This document shows, piece by piece, positions 10,107 to 17,732 of a DNA stretch of 36,023 bases. Positions within the stretch are counted from its first letter, which is position 1, and every line of letters begins with the position of its first letter. The position numbers were made by a program, and so were the translations under genes. The stretch is taken from contig DAOVOJ010000003.1 in the NCBI GenBank assembly GCA_030629775.1, forward strand, positions 1 through 36,023. Direction: 5' to 3'. The notes below the pieces were generated by a model, which saw only the letters and a list, made by a program, of their open reading frames with translations, did not search any database and was not told the DNA's origin. This stretch comes from Candidatus Moraniibacteriota bacterium (GTDB lineage: Bacteria; Patescibacteriota; Minisyncoccia; JAHIHE01; DAOVOJ01).

Positions 10107-11738
10107 TTATTCTTTCACTACTTCCACCGTTCTAATTTTTGTCTTGAAAATTCTTCGTCGCAAGGCGTTTTTGAAAAGAATTAATTCCTTGCTTTTGAAG
10201 ATCCACATTAGTAAAAGATAAATTAAAATTCCCGCCGAGCCCGCCAGAAAACCCTGAATAAGCACTCCGATAAAAGTTCTCATATTAACCAGCGGAGCGA
10301 TTAAATAAAGGGTTTGATAGGCAAACAGTCCGGCAATAATTGACGCCAGAGAGATTTTTGTCAAAGAAACAAAAATCTCTTTTTTATTGAACTGTTTCAT
10401 TTTTTGGGAAATCAAAATGAACAGCAGTCCGGCATTGACAATGCTTGCCAAAGAAAAAGCGATCGCCAATCCTGTTACTCCAAAGGGTTCGCCTGTCCAA
10501 GGGCTAATATACGAAGGAAGAATCAGGCAGCCGGCTAAATTTACCAGCATGCCGATCGAGGCTATCGCGAAAGGAGTTTTGGTGTTATGCGTTGCCCAAA
10601 AGGCGCGGGCGAAAAGAGGGATCAGCCCCTGGGCAAATAAGCTCAAAGCGAAAAACTGTAAAGTTTCCAGAGTTAAAACAGTGTCTTCCCAGCTAAATTT
10701 TCCGCTTCCCAAAACAACCCTGACGATCTGGGCTCTCAGAACTATCATTAAAACGCTGGCGGGGATCATCAGAAATAAAATTTGCCGCGTGATCAAAGAA
10801 AGCCGTTTGGCAAACTCAGGCATTTTTTTTCGGGAAGATAGGGCGGAGAGAGCGGGGAAGCTGGCCACCGCGAATGAAAAAGCGAATAATCCCAAAGGAA
10901 GATTCTGTAAATTATTGGCAAGATTAAAAATCGCTAAACTTCCTATTGCTAAAGTGGAAGCAATAATGGTAATAATTATTAAATTGAATTGAGAGACCAA
11001 TAATGTCAAAGTGCGGGGAACCATCATTTTAATAATCTTTCGCAATTCAGCGTTTTTAAGATCCCAAATCCATTGATAGCGAAAACCGAGACGAATGGCG
11101 GACGGCAGTTGAATAAGAAAATGAAGCAGAGCGCCTAGGACCACTCCCCATGCCAGACCGTAAAGCCCCCACCATTTTACAAAAAATACCGCTCCGATAA
11201 TAATGCCGATATTATACATTACCGGCGCCATGGCATAAAAAAAGAATCTTCTAAAAGACTGGAGAATTCCTCCCGTGACACTGCTCAGAGCAAGAAATAG
11301 GGGACTTAAAAACATAATGCGCGTTAGAGCAACAGTAAGATCTTTCTTTTCCCGGTCAAATCCCGGAACAATGAGATTAATAATTTCCGGTGACAGAATA
11401 ATTAAAATAAAGCAGACCAATAACAGCAAAACTAAAATAAAATTTAAAACTACATTAGTGGCTCTCCACGCCTCTTTTTCTTTATCAATTGCCAACAAGC
11501 CGGCGAAGATCGGAATAAATCCGGCCGACAACGCTCCAAGAACTACGATATTAAAAATTAAATCCGGGATTCTAAAAGCGGCGTAATAAATATCCAGTTC
11601 ATCTCCCGCTCCAAGCTGTCCGGCCAAAATTCGATCCCGCAACATTCCTAAAAAGCGGCTGGCCAGTGACGCCAGTCCCAATAAGATCGCCGCCGAGGTA
11701 ATTGAATTTGATTTTCCGTTGAGAATTTTCTTTAGCAT
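10107..11738 (-). CDS. murJ: Lipid II flippase MurJ (MviN)
   Basis: SRFLGMLRDR, DIYYAAFRIPD, GALSAGFIP and QNLPLG motifs; many TM segments. Confidence 0.96.
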   Translation of the reverse strand: MLKKILNGKSNSITSAAILLGLASLASRFLGMLRDRILAGQLGAGDELDIYYAAFRIPDLIFNIVVLGALSAGFIPIFAGLLAIDKEKEAWRATNVVLNFILVLLLLVCFILIILSPEIINLIVPGFDREKKDLTVALTRIMFLSPLFLALSSVTGGILQSFRRFFFYAMAPVMYNIGIIIGAVFFVKWWGLYGLAWGVVLGALLHFLIQLPSAIRLGFRYQWIWDLKNAELRKIIKMMVPRTLTLLVSQFNLIIITIIASTLAIGSLAIFNLANNLQNLPLGLFAFSFAVASFPALSALSSRKKMPEFAKRLSLITRQILFLMIPASVLMIVLRAQIVRVVLGSGKFSWEDTVLTLETLQFFALSLFAQGLIPLFARAFWATHNTKTPFAIASIGMLVNLAGCLILPSYISPWTGEPFGVTGLAIAFSLASIVNAGLLFILISQKMKQFNKKEIFVSLTKISLASIIAGLFAYQTLYLIAPLVNMRTFIGVLIQGFLAGSAGILIYLLLMWIFKSKELILFKNALRRRIFKTKIRTVEVVKE

Positions 11739-11809
11739 TGTTTGTTTTTATTTCTTGCTGTTTAGTATAACATTTTTTTTAAGTTTTTTGAATTATGAAA
11801 TACGATTTT

Positions 11810-11913
11810 TCCCCTCCTTGCGAAGGAGGGGCTAGAGGTGGTTAGAAATAATAGCTAATTTTTCCAACACCTCTTTAAAAATCCCCCCTAGTCTCCCTTT
11901 TATAAAGGAGGAA
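11810..11913. repeat. REP-like palindromic element family C (CCCCTCCTT-N-AAGGAGGGG hairpins)
   Basis: CCCCTCCTTGCGAAGGAGGGGCTAGAGGTGGTTAG on the left, degenerate CCCCCCTAGTCTCCCTTTTATAAAGGAGGAA on the right. Confidence 0.7.
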
Positions 11914-12000
11914 GATTAAAGTCTTATAATCTAAGATAAAATAAAAGTTTTAACTTATTATGAATTACGAAACTCATCAAAACTTGTCATCCCGAACTTA

Positions 12001-12028
12001 TTATGAACAGTGGATAATTTGTGTATAA
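12001..12028. promoter_or_regulatory. Cluster of DnaA-box-like 9-mers
   Basis: TTATGAACA (12001-12009, 1 mismatch), AGTGGATAA (12009-12017, 1 mismatch, minus strand) and TGTGTATAA (12020-12028, which is TTATACACA on the minus strand). Confidence 0.5.
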
Positions 12029-12298
12029 TTATTTGGATTTTTGCCGGAGGCATTTGATAAAAATAAGCAAAATAATAATTTATTCAATTCAAATACAACT
12101 TATACGACTTGAAATAAAGGCGGTTAATTTTGCGGTTCCCCGCTAACTTTTTAAGAATTGTATCTTATTTTGTTTTATTTAAGCCAAATTTATGGCTTAT
12201 TTTTAATTCTTGTTTTATTTAAAAAATAAAAATTAGCAGGTTATAAGAAAAGAATAAACTTAATTACGGAGATTGTAAAGCAATCGGACGCTGGTAAT

Positions 12299-12364
12299 TT
12301 GACTTTGATTGAAAATGGAGTATAATGGAAACAAGTGGTGGAATGTGGATAAATATGGGGATAA
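12299..12364 (+). promoter_or_regulatory. mraZ/dcw promoter with MraZ-binding repeats and an overlapping DnaA box
   Basis: TTGACT (12299-12304), 16 bp, TATAAT (12321-12326). RTGG recurs with an exact 10-bp period at 12315, 12325, 12335, 12345 and 12355. TGTGGATAA at 12344-12352. Confidence 0.8.
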
Positions 12365-12379
12365 GTTAAAGTTAAATTC

Positions 12380-12416
12380 TAACCACCCCCAACCCCCTCT
12401 TTGCCAAGGAGGGGAT
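12380..12416. repeat. REP-like element family C, inverted partial copy
   Basis: TAACCACCCCCAACCCCCTCTTTGCCAAGGAGGGGAT resembles the reverse complement of 11810-11844. Confidence 0.65.
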
Positions 12417-12428
12417 TAAAGAAAAAAT

Positions 12429-12860
12429 ATGTTTATTGGAGAATACCAACACAATATTGATGAAAAAGGGAGACTGGCGGTGCCGGTTAAATTTCGCAAG
12501 GAACTTTCAAAAGGAGCGGTCGTTACCAAGGGTCTTGATGACTGCCTTTTTTTGTATTCTCTTAAAGAGTGGAAAGAGATTGCCGGAAAGTTGAGCAAAC
12601 TGCCGATCAGCCAAGCCAACACACGGGCTTTTGCCCGCTTGATGCTGGCCGGAGCGATGGATGTTCAAATTGATAAACAAGGAAGAGTTGTTTTGCCGGA
12701 TTACTTAAGAAAATATGCCGGCTTGAATAAAAAAGTAATTATTAGCGGACTTTACAGCCGTTTGGAAATCTGGGACGAGAAAAAGTGGAATAAATATAAA
12801 AACACCACCGAGAAATCCAGCGGAGATATCTCGGAAAAGTTGGGAGAGATAAGAATATAA
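12429..12860 (+). CDS. mraZ: Division/cell wall cluster transcriptional repressor MraZ
   Basis: MFIGEYQHNIDEKGRLAVP, IDKQGRVVLP and RLEIWD; first gene of the dcw cluster. Confidence 0.97.
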   Translation: MFIGEYQHNIDEKGRLAVPVKFRKELSKGAVVTKGLDDCLFLYSLKEWKEIAGKLSKLPISQANTRAFARLMLAGAMDVQIDKQGRVVLPDYLRKYAGLNKKVIISGLYSRLEIWDEKKWNKYKNTTEKSSGDISEKLGEIRI

Positions 12861-12966
12861 AGAAAATTTTTATTTTTTATTTTTTATTTTTTATTTTTTA
12901 TTGAATTTCTAATGAATCAATTTTCAATGATTATTTTTTTTCTGAATTACGAAATGTGTTAGAATT

Positions 12967-13095
12967 TGTCATCCTGAACTTGTTTCAGGATCTGTCGTCT
13001 GTTACTGTAAGTTTTAAGATAAATATAAAAGCATAATGTAGCACATGACAGATCCTGAAACAAGTTCAGGATGACAAGTTCAATTCAGGATGACA
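12967..13095. repeat. Palindromic miniature element family B, copy 2 (inverted, with duplicated end)
   Basis: 12967-13076 matches the reverse complement of 8460-8569. An extra TTCAGGATGACA end follows to 13095. Confidence 0.9.
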
Positions 13096-13182
13096 ATTAA
13101 AGTTTTATATTTTATTTCTATCTTCTAGTTTTATTAAAACTTTATAAACTTTTAACTTTACAAACTTTATAAGCTTTATTTC

Positions 13183-14157
13183 ATGTCTTATTTTCACATC
13201 CCGGTTTTACTGAACGAAGTAATAAAAATTACTGATCCCCAAAAAAATGAGAATCTGGTGGACGGAACTTTGGGGGGCGGGGGACACAGTAAAGCGATTT
13301 TAGAAAAAACGGGACCGAAAGGAAAACTGCTGGGGATGGATCTGGATCCGGAAGCGCTGCGAGCGGCGCGGGATAACTTAAAAAAATTTGAGAAAAGAAT
13401 AATTTTGAAGAGAGAAAATTTTACTGATTTTTCCCGAGTAGTGGAAAAATATGATTTTCATCCTATTGATATAGTTCTTTTAGATCTGGGAATTTCGTCT
13501 TATCAGCTTGACGAAGATGTGTTGGGAATTTCTTTTTTAAAGAATCAGCCGCTTGATATGAGAATCGGAGGAGAATTGGAGAATTATGATAATCGGATCA
13601 CGGCAACGGAAATTTTAAACAAGTGGCCGGAGGAAAAAATAAAAGAAGTTATTAAGGATTATGGCGAGGAAAGATATGCTCGGGCAATTGCCAAGAATAT
13701 TGTTGTGGAAAGAAAAATAAAAAAGATCGAACTGACCGGACGGCTGGTGGAGATAATTGAAAAGTCGGTGCCGGCAAGTTATAAGAGCAGAAGGCAAAGA
13801 ATCCATTTCGCGACGCGAACTTTTCAGGCTTTAAGAATCGCGGTTAACAGGGAATTGGATAATTTAAAAAACGCTCTGCCTCAAATTTTAGAAGAATTAA
13901 GCCCTGGCGGGCGGATGGCGGTAATCTCCTTTCATTCACTGGAAGACAGAATTGTAAAACAATTTTTTGTGAGAGAGTCAAAAGATTGCGTCTGCGATAG
14001 CGAGGTTCCGGTATGCGTTTGCCATCACAAAGCGCGGCTTAAAATTTTAACTAAAAAGCCTATTACTCCAAGCGAGGAGGAAGTAGAAAAAAATCCGAGA
14101 GCAAGAAGCGGAAAATTAAGAGTAGCGGAAAAAGTCCATAAAGTCAAAAGTCTATAA
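13183..14157 (+). CDS. rsmH: 16S rRNA m4C1402 methyltransferase RsmH (MraW)
   Basis: HIPVLLNE, DGTLGGGGHS, DLGISSYQLD, ATRTFQALRIAVN, ISFHSLEDRIVK and NPRARSGKLR. Confidence 0.97.
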   Translation: MSYFHIPVLLNEVIKITDPQKNENLVDGTLGGGGHSKAILEKTGPKGKLLGMDLDPEALRAARDNLKKFEKRIILKRENFTDFSRVVEKYDFHPIDIVLLDLGISSYQLDEDVLGISFLKNQPLDMRIGGELENYDNRITATEILNKWPEEKIKEVIKDYGEERYARAIAKNIVVERKIKKIELTGRLVEIIEKSVPASYKSRRQRIHFATRTFQALRIAVNRELDNLKNALPQILEELSPGGRMAVISFHSLEDRIVKQFFVRESKDCVCDSEVPVCVCHHKARLKILTKKPITPSEEEVEKNPRARSGKLRVAEKVHKVKSL

Positions 14158-14192
14158 AGTCGAAAGTAAAACCTGTTGATTAAATAAAAACA

Positions 14193-14546
14193 ATGGCGAT
14201 CATTAAAACAAAATCTAACTTCAGAAGAATGGGCGGGAGAAGAACGGCTTCTTGTAAAGCAAGAAAGAGTAAATTGGCGCTTAGTTTTGTAATTGTCTTT
14301 TTGATTTGCTGTTTGAGCGTTTCTTACATTATTCAAACCAGTGGCGTGACGGCGGGGAATTACGATATTGAAGATTGTGAAAAAAAATTGGACGATTTAA
14401 AAAATGAAAATCAAAACTTGATGGTTGAACTGGCAAGATTAAAATCAATGCCCCGGTTGGAAGAAACGGCGGACGCGTTTAATATGGTTGCCATGGAAAA
14501 AGCGGATTATATCACCGCAAGCGGCTCGGCAATGGCGGTAAGATGA
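14193..14546 (+). CDS. ftsL: Cell division protein FtsL-like
   Basis: Basic N-terminus, single TM helix and coiled coil; lies between rsmH and the PBP gene. Confidence 0.7.
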   Translation: MAIIKTKSNFRRMGGRRTASCKARKSKLALSFVIVFLICCLSVSYIIQTSGVTAGNYDIEDCEKKLDDLKNENQNLMVELARLKSMPRLEETADAFNMVAMEKADYITASGSAMAVR

Positions 14547-14609
14547 GTCTATAAAGTCGAAAGTCCATAAAGTGGAAAGTTCATAAAGCTAAGTCTGGGG
14601 GTTAAACTC

Positions 14610-14690
14610 GGAGTGACAAACGAGCGACAGCGGAGTTTGTTATTTTTTGCGATAAACTAACACACTCCGCTGTCGCTCGTGTGTCACTCC
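14610..14690. repeat. Long inverted repeat between ftsL and ftsI
   Basis: GGAGTGACAAACGAGCGACAGCGGAGTTTGTTA / TAACACACTCCGCTGTCGCTCGTGTGTCACTCC: 33-bp arms with 2 mismatches. Confidence 0.85.
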
Positions 14691-14738
14691 ATGATATATG
14701 TTGTCCGTGTATTACTCCAAATCTAAGTTATTGCAGTT

Positions 14739-16472
14739 ATGAAAAAAATCAGAAACAGGAGACAATCTAAAGACGGGAGGATTGTTTTTTTATCGGGGGT
14801 AATTTTTTTGGCTTTTGCGATCGTCGTTCTTCGCCTTTTTCAGGTACAGGTTTTGGATCATAATAATTATGTCGCTTTGGCGGAAGACCAATACGGTTTT
14901 TACGATAAAGTAATTCCTGAACGCGGAAAAATATTTTTCAAAGACGAACATTCCAGCGAACTTTATCCGGCGGCGATAAACAGGAGAATGAATTTGATTT
15001 ACGCCGTGCCGAGAGAAATAGAGGATTTTAAAAAAGCGGCGGAAACTTTGGCGCCAATTTTGGAAATTGACGAGGAAAAATTGCTTGGCGTATTAAATAA
15101 ACCCGACGATTCTTACGAAGTAATTAAGCGAAAAACGAATAACGAATTAGCGGAAAAAATTAAAGAACTGAATATTAAAGGAATTAAAACGGCGCCGGAG
15201 GATTGGCGGTATTACCCGGGCGATTCTCTGGCAGCCAATGTTTTGGGGTTCGTGGGGTATAAAGACAAAGATAAGGTCGGCCGATACGGAGTGGAAGGAT
15301 ATTACCAAAATGAACTGGCGGGGCAGACAGGAATTATAGGCGCCAAGTCCGGCGGAATTTTAAGCAAGATTGCCAAATTGCGATCCGATTTTAAAACGCC
15401 CCGCGACGGTGATAACCTTGTTTTGACTATTGACCAAACGGTCCAGTTTACCGTTGAAAAAAAATTAAAGGAAACCATAGAACGATTCGGGGCGGAAGCG
15501 GGAAGCGCGATCATTATGGATCCCCGGACAGGAGCGATCATTGCCATGGCCCAGCAGCCGTCCTATGATCCCAACGAATATTCCAAGACTGAAGATCTGA
15601 ATTGTTTTATCAATATCAACGCCAGAGGATTGTATGAGCCGGGGTCGGTGATGAAACCGGTTACGATGGCGATGGCGATTGATCTAAATAAAGTCGCTCC
15701 CGGGACGACTTACTTGGATGAAGGAGTGGTAAGAATAAAAGGGTGGCCGATCTATAATTCCGATGGCAAGGCTTACGGCAGGCAAACTATGACGGAGGTT
15801 TTGGAAAAATCTCTAAATACCGGAATCGTTTTTGTTCAGGAGCAAATAGATAAGGAAAAATTTTGTAATTATTTAAAAGATTTTGGTTTTGATATGCCGA
15901 CGGGAGCGGGGATAGAGGAAGAAATGGCGGGCAATCTTTCAAATCTTAGCAATTTCAAAATTGATGTTAATTTCGCCAACGCGGCTTTTGGTCAGGGAAT
16001 TATGGTTACGCCGATGGAAATGTTAACGGCGATCTCGGTAATTGCCAATGACGGGAAATTAATGAGGCCGTATTTGGTTGAAAAATTTATTCATCCCGAC
16101 GGCAGCGAAACTGAAGTTTCTTCGCAGGTGGTTCGCCAGGTAATTTCTCCCCGGGCGGCCAATCTGGTGTCGGCGATGATGGTGAGCGTCATTGAAAACG
16201 GCCATTCTCGCGGAGCGAGAGTAAAAGGTTATCGTTTTGCCGGCAAAACCGGAACGGCTCAAGTGGCAAAAAAAGACGAACGAGGCTATGATCCCGATAG
16301 AACGATCCATACTTTTGTCGGGTTCGGACCGCTGCCGGATCCTCGTTTTGCAATGTTGATCAGGCTGGATGATCCGACAGAGGTTTCTTTTGCCGCCGAT
16401 TCAACAGCTAAGTTTTTTCGGGAGATGATGAAATTTTTAGTTGATTATTATGATATTCCGCCGGAAGAGTGA
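14739..16472 (+). CDS. ftsI: Class B penicillin-binding protein (FtsI/PBP2-3 family)
   Basis: N-terminal TM helix, RGKIF, RYYP, GVEG, YEPGSVMK (SxxK), SLN (SxN) and KTGT; dcw position. Confidence 0.9.
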   Translation: MKKIRNRRQSKDGRIVFLSGVIFLAFAIVVLRLFQVQVLDHNNYVALAEDQYGFYDKVIPERGKIFFKDEHSSELYPAAINRRMNLIYAVPREIEDFKKAAETLAPILEIDEEKLLGVLNKPDDSYEVIKRKTNNELAEKIKELNIKGIKTAPEDWRYYPGDSLAANVLGFVGYKDKDKVGRYGVEGYYQNELAGQTGIIGAKSGGILSKIAKLRSDFKTPRDGDNLVLTIDQTVQFTVEKKLKETIERFGAEAGSAIIMDPRTGAIIAMAQQPSYDPNEYSKTEDLNCFININARGLYEPGSVMKPVTMAMAIDLNKVAPGTTYLDEGVVRIKGWPIYNSDGKAYGRQTMTEVLEKSLNTGIVFVQEQIDKEKFCNYLKDFGFDMPTGAGIEEEMAGNLSNLSNFKIDVNFANAAFGQGIMVTPMEMLTAISVIANDGKLMRPYLVEKFIHPDGSETEVSSQVVRQVISPRAANLVSAMMVSVIENGHSRGARVKGYRFAGKTGTAQVAKKDERGYDPDRTIHTFVGFGPLPDPRFAMLIRLDDPTEVSFAADSTAKFFREMMKFLVDYYDIPPEE

Positions 16473-16490
16473 GGTTAAAACTTGAACGCT

Positions 16491-16672
16491 TGTCATTCCG
16501 ACCGAAGTGACCCTAAGGCGATAGCCGAAGGGGGAACGGAGTGGAGGAATCTGTAAGAGCGATATACTTGTGTTTCGTAAAGATATTTTGAAACACACAC
16601 TCTACTCTTTTACAGATCCCTCGGCTCCTAAAGCCTGCCCCGTACTTTGATACGGGGTCGCTCGGGATGACA
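16491..16672. repeat. Palindromic miniature element family A, copy 3 (with nested mini-hairpin)
   Basis: Same ends as copies 1 and 2, with an extra CCTGCCCCGTACTTTGATACGGGG near the right end. Confidence 0.9.
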
Positions 16673-16696
16673 GGTTAAAGTGTAAAATATTTATTT

Positions 16697-17515
16697 ATGT
16701 CAACTGTTAACAAAAAAATCTTAAAAATTCTTGCCCGCCGGATTATAAAAAAATATCGGCCTAAAATTATTGGTATTGCCGGAGGCGAGGCGGAAGTAGG
16801 GACGAGGCAGTGCCTTGCCTCCACTAAAGAAATGATTGGTCGAGTTTTGGCGTCTCAGTTTTCAGCGCGCGCAAATAAGAATTTATTTAATGACGAAACC
16901 GATATTCTTTTGGCGATCATCGGTGTTGATTTTGTAGAGACGAGGCAGCGCCCTGTTTCTACGGCGAAGATTCTTATGAAAGCCATAAAAACAATTTTAA
17001 TAAAACAGGACTATCCGGAATTTTTAATTTTGGAAACAAAAACCGATCAAGCGGGCAAGATAAAATCATTATTTAAAGTCGCTCGTCCGGAAGTCGGAAT
17101 AATTATCGGAACGGGAAGATCAGCAAATGGTAAAGATGACAGTTTTAAGCAATCCGTCAGAGAAAGGAATTTGATGGTTAAATGTTTGCGGAAAAATGAA
17201 TTAGCGGTTTTAAATTGCGATGACGAAGCGACTAAAAATATCATTGAAGGGACAAGAGCGAAAGTGATCACTCTCGGATTTAATGAAAAAGCGGATGTTA
17301 AGGCGACGGAAGTTAGTTTTGAAAAAAGCGATTCAGCGGAAGATAAAAACAAAGAAGAAATCGTCAGTTTTAAAATTAATTATCAAAATTCTTTCGTCCC
17401 TATCCATTTAACTCGCCGGCAAATTTATCCCGCTCTCGCCGCCGCCGCGGTAGGTTTAAATTACGGTTTAAATCTGGTTGAAATAGCAAGCGTGTTGAGT
17501 GATCAAGAATTATAA
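16697..17515 (+). CDS. murF: MurF-like Mur ligase, truncated with a degenerate P-loop (possible pseudogene)
   Basis: LARRIIKKYRPKIIGI, YPEFLILE, AVLNCDD and ALAAAAVG match the Mur ligase middle domain. GKT and the C-terminal domain are absent (272 aa). Confidence 0.7.
   Translation: MSTVNKKILKILARRIIKKYRPKIIGIAGGEAEVGTRQCLASTKEMIGRVLASQFSARANKNLFNDETDILLAIIGVDFVETRQRPVSTAKILMKAIKTILIKQDYPEFLILETKTDQAGKIKSLFKVARPEVGIIIGTGRSANGKDDSFKQSVRERNLMVKCLRKNELAVLNCDDEATKNIIEGTRAKVITLGFNEKADVKATEVSFEKSDSAEDKNKEEIVSFKINYQNSFVPIHLTRRQIYPALAAAAVGLNYGLNLVEIASVLSDQEL
16796..16824. repeat. GTAG-type REP-like palindrome in frame in the murF-like gene, copy 1
   Basis: GTAGGGACGAGGCAGTGCCTTGCCTCCAC, encoding VGTRQCLAST. 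Confidence 0.7.
16934..16962. repeat. GTAG-type REP-like palindrome in frame in the murF-like gene, copy 2
   Basis: GTAGAGACGAGGCAGCGCCCTGTTTCTAC, encoding VETRQRPVST. Confidence 0.7.
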
Positions 17516-17533
17516 ATTGGGAATTATGAGCTC

Positions 17534-17562
17534 TTGTGAAACGATTTGAAGTGTGGTAGATT
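17534..17562 (+). promoter_or_regulatory. Probable tRNA promoter
   Basis: TTGTGA, 17 bp, TAGATT with an extended TG. Confidence 0.45.
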
Positions 17563-17571
17563 ATATTAGTT

Positions 17572-17654
17572 GAAAGTCCATAAAGTCCATAAAGTTGAAA
17601 GTTTATAAGGTGTCGTTGACTTTTGACTTTATGGACTTTTGACTTTATAAACTA
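17572..17654. repeat. AAAGTC(C)AT / GACTTT low-complexity inverted array upstream of the tRNA
   Basis: GAAAGTCCATAAAGTCCATAAAGTTGAAAGTTTATAA pairs with GACTTTTGACTTTATGGACTTTTGACTTTATAAAC. The same unit occurs at about 921, 5696, 13136, 14130 and 14546. Confidence 0.8.
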
Positions 17655-17660
17655 CTTTCC

Positions 17661-17732
17661 GCCGCCTTCGTCTAGCGGTTAGGACGCTAGGTTCTCATCC
17701 TAGTAACAGGGGTTCGACTCCCCTAGGCGGTA
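17661..17732 (+). tRNA. tRNA-Glu (anticodon CTC)
   Basis: Acceptor stem GCCGCCT/AGGCGGT, D-arm GTCTAGCGGTTAGGAC, anticodon arm CTAGG-TT-CTC-AT-CCTAG, T-arm AGGGG-TTCGACT-CCCCT. No encoded CCA (followed by CTA). Confidence 0.96.

Noticed and set aside
17572-17654. Possible CRISPR array
   Set aside because: Units are degenerate 7-9-mers in inverted arrangement with no unique spacers, and no cas genes are present.
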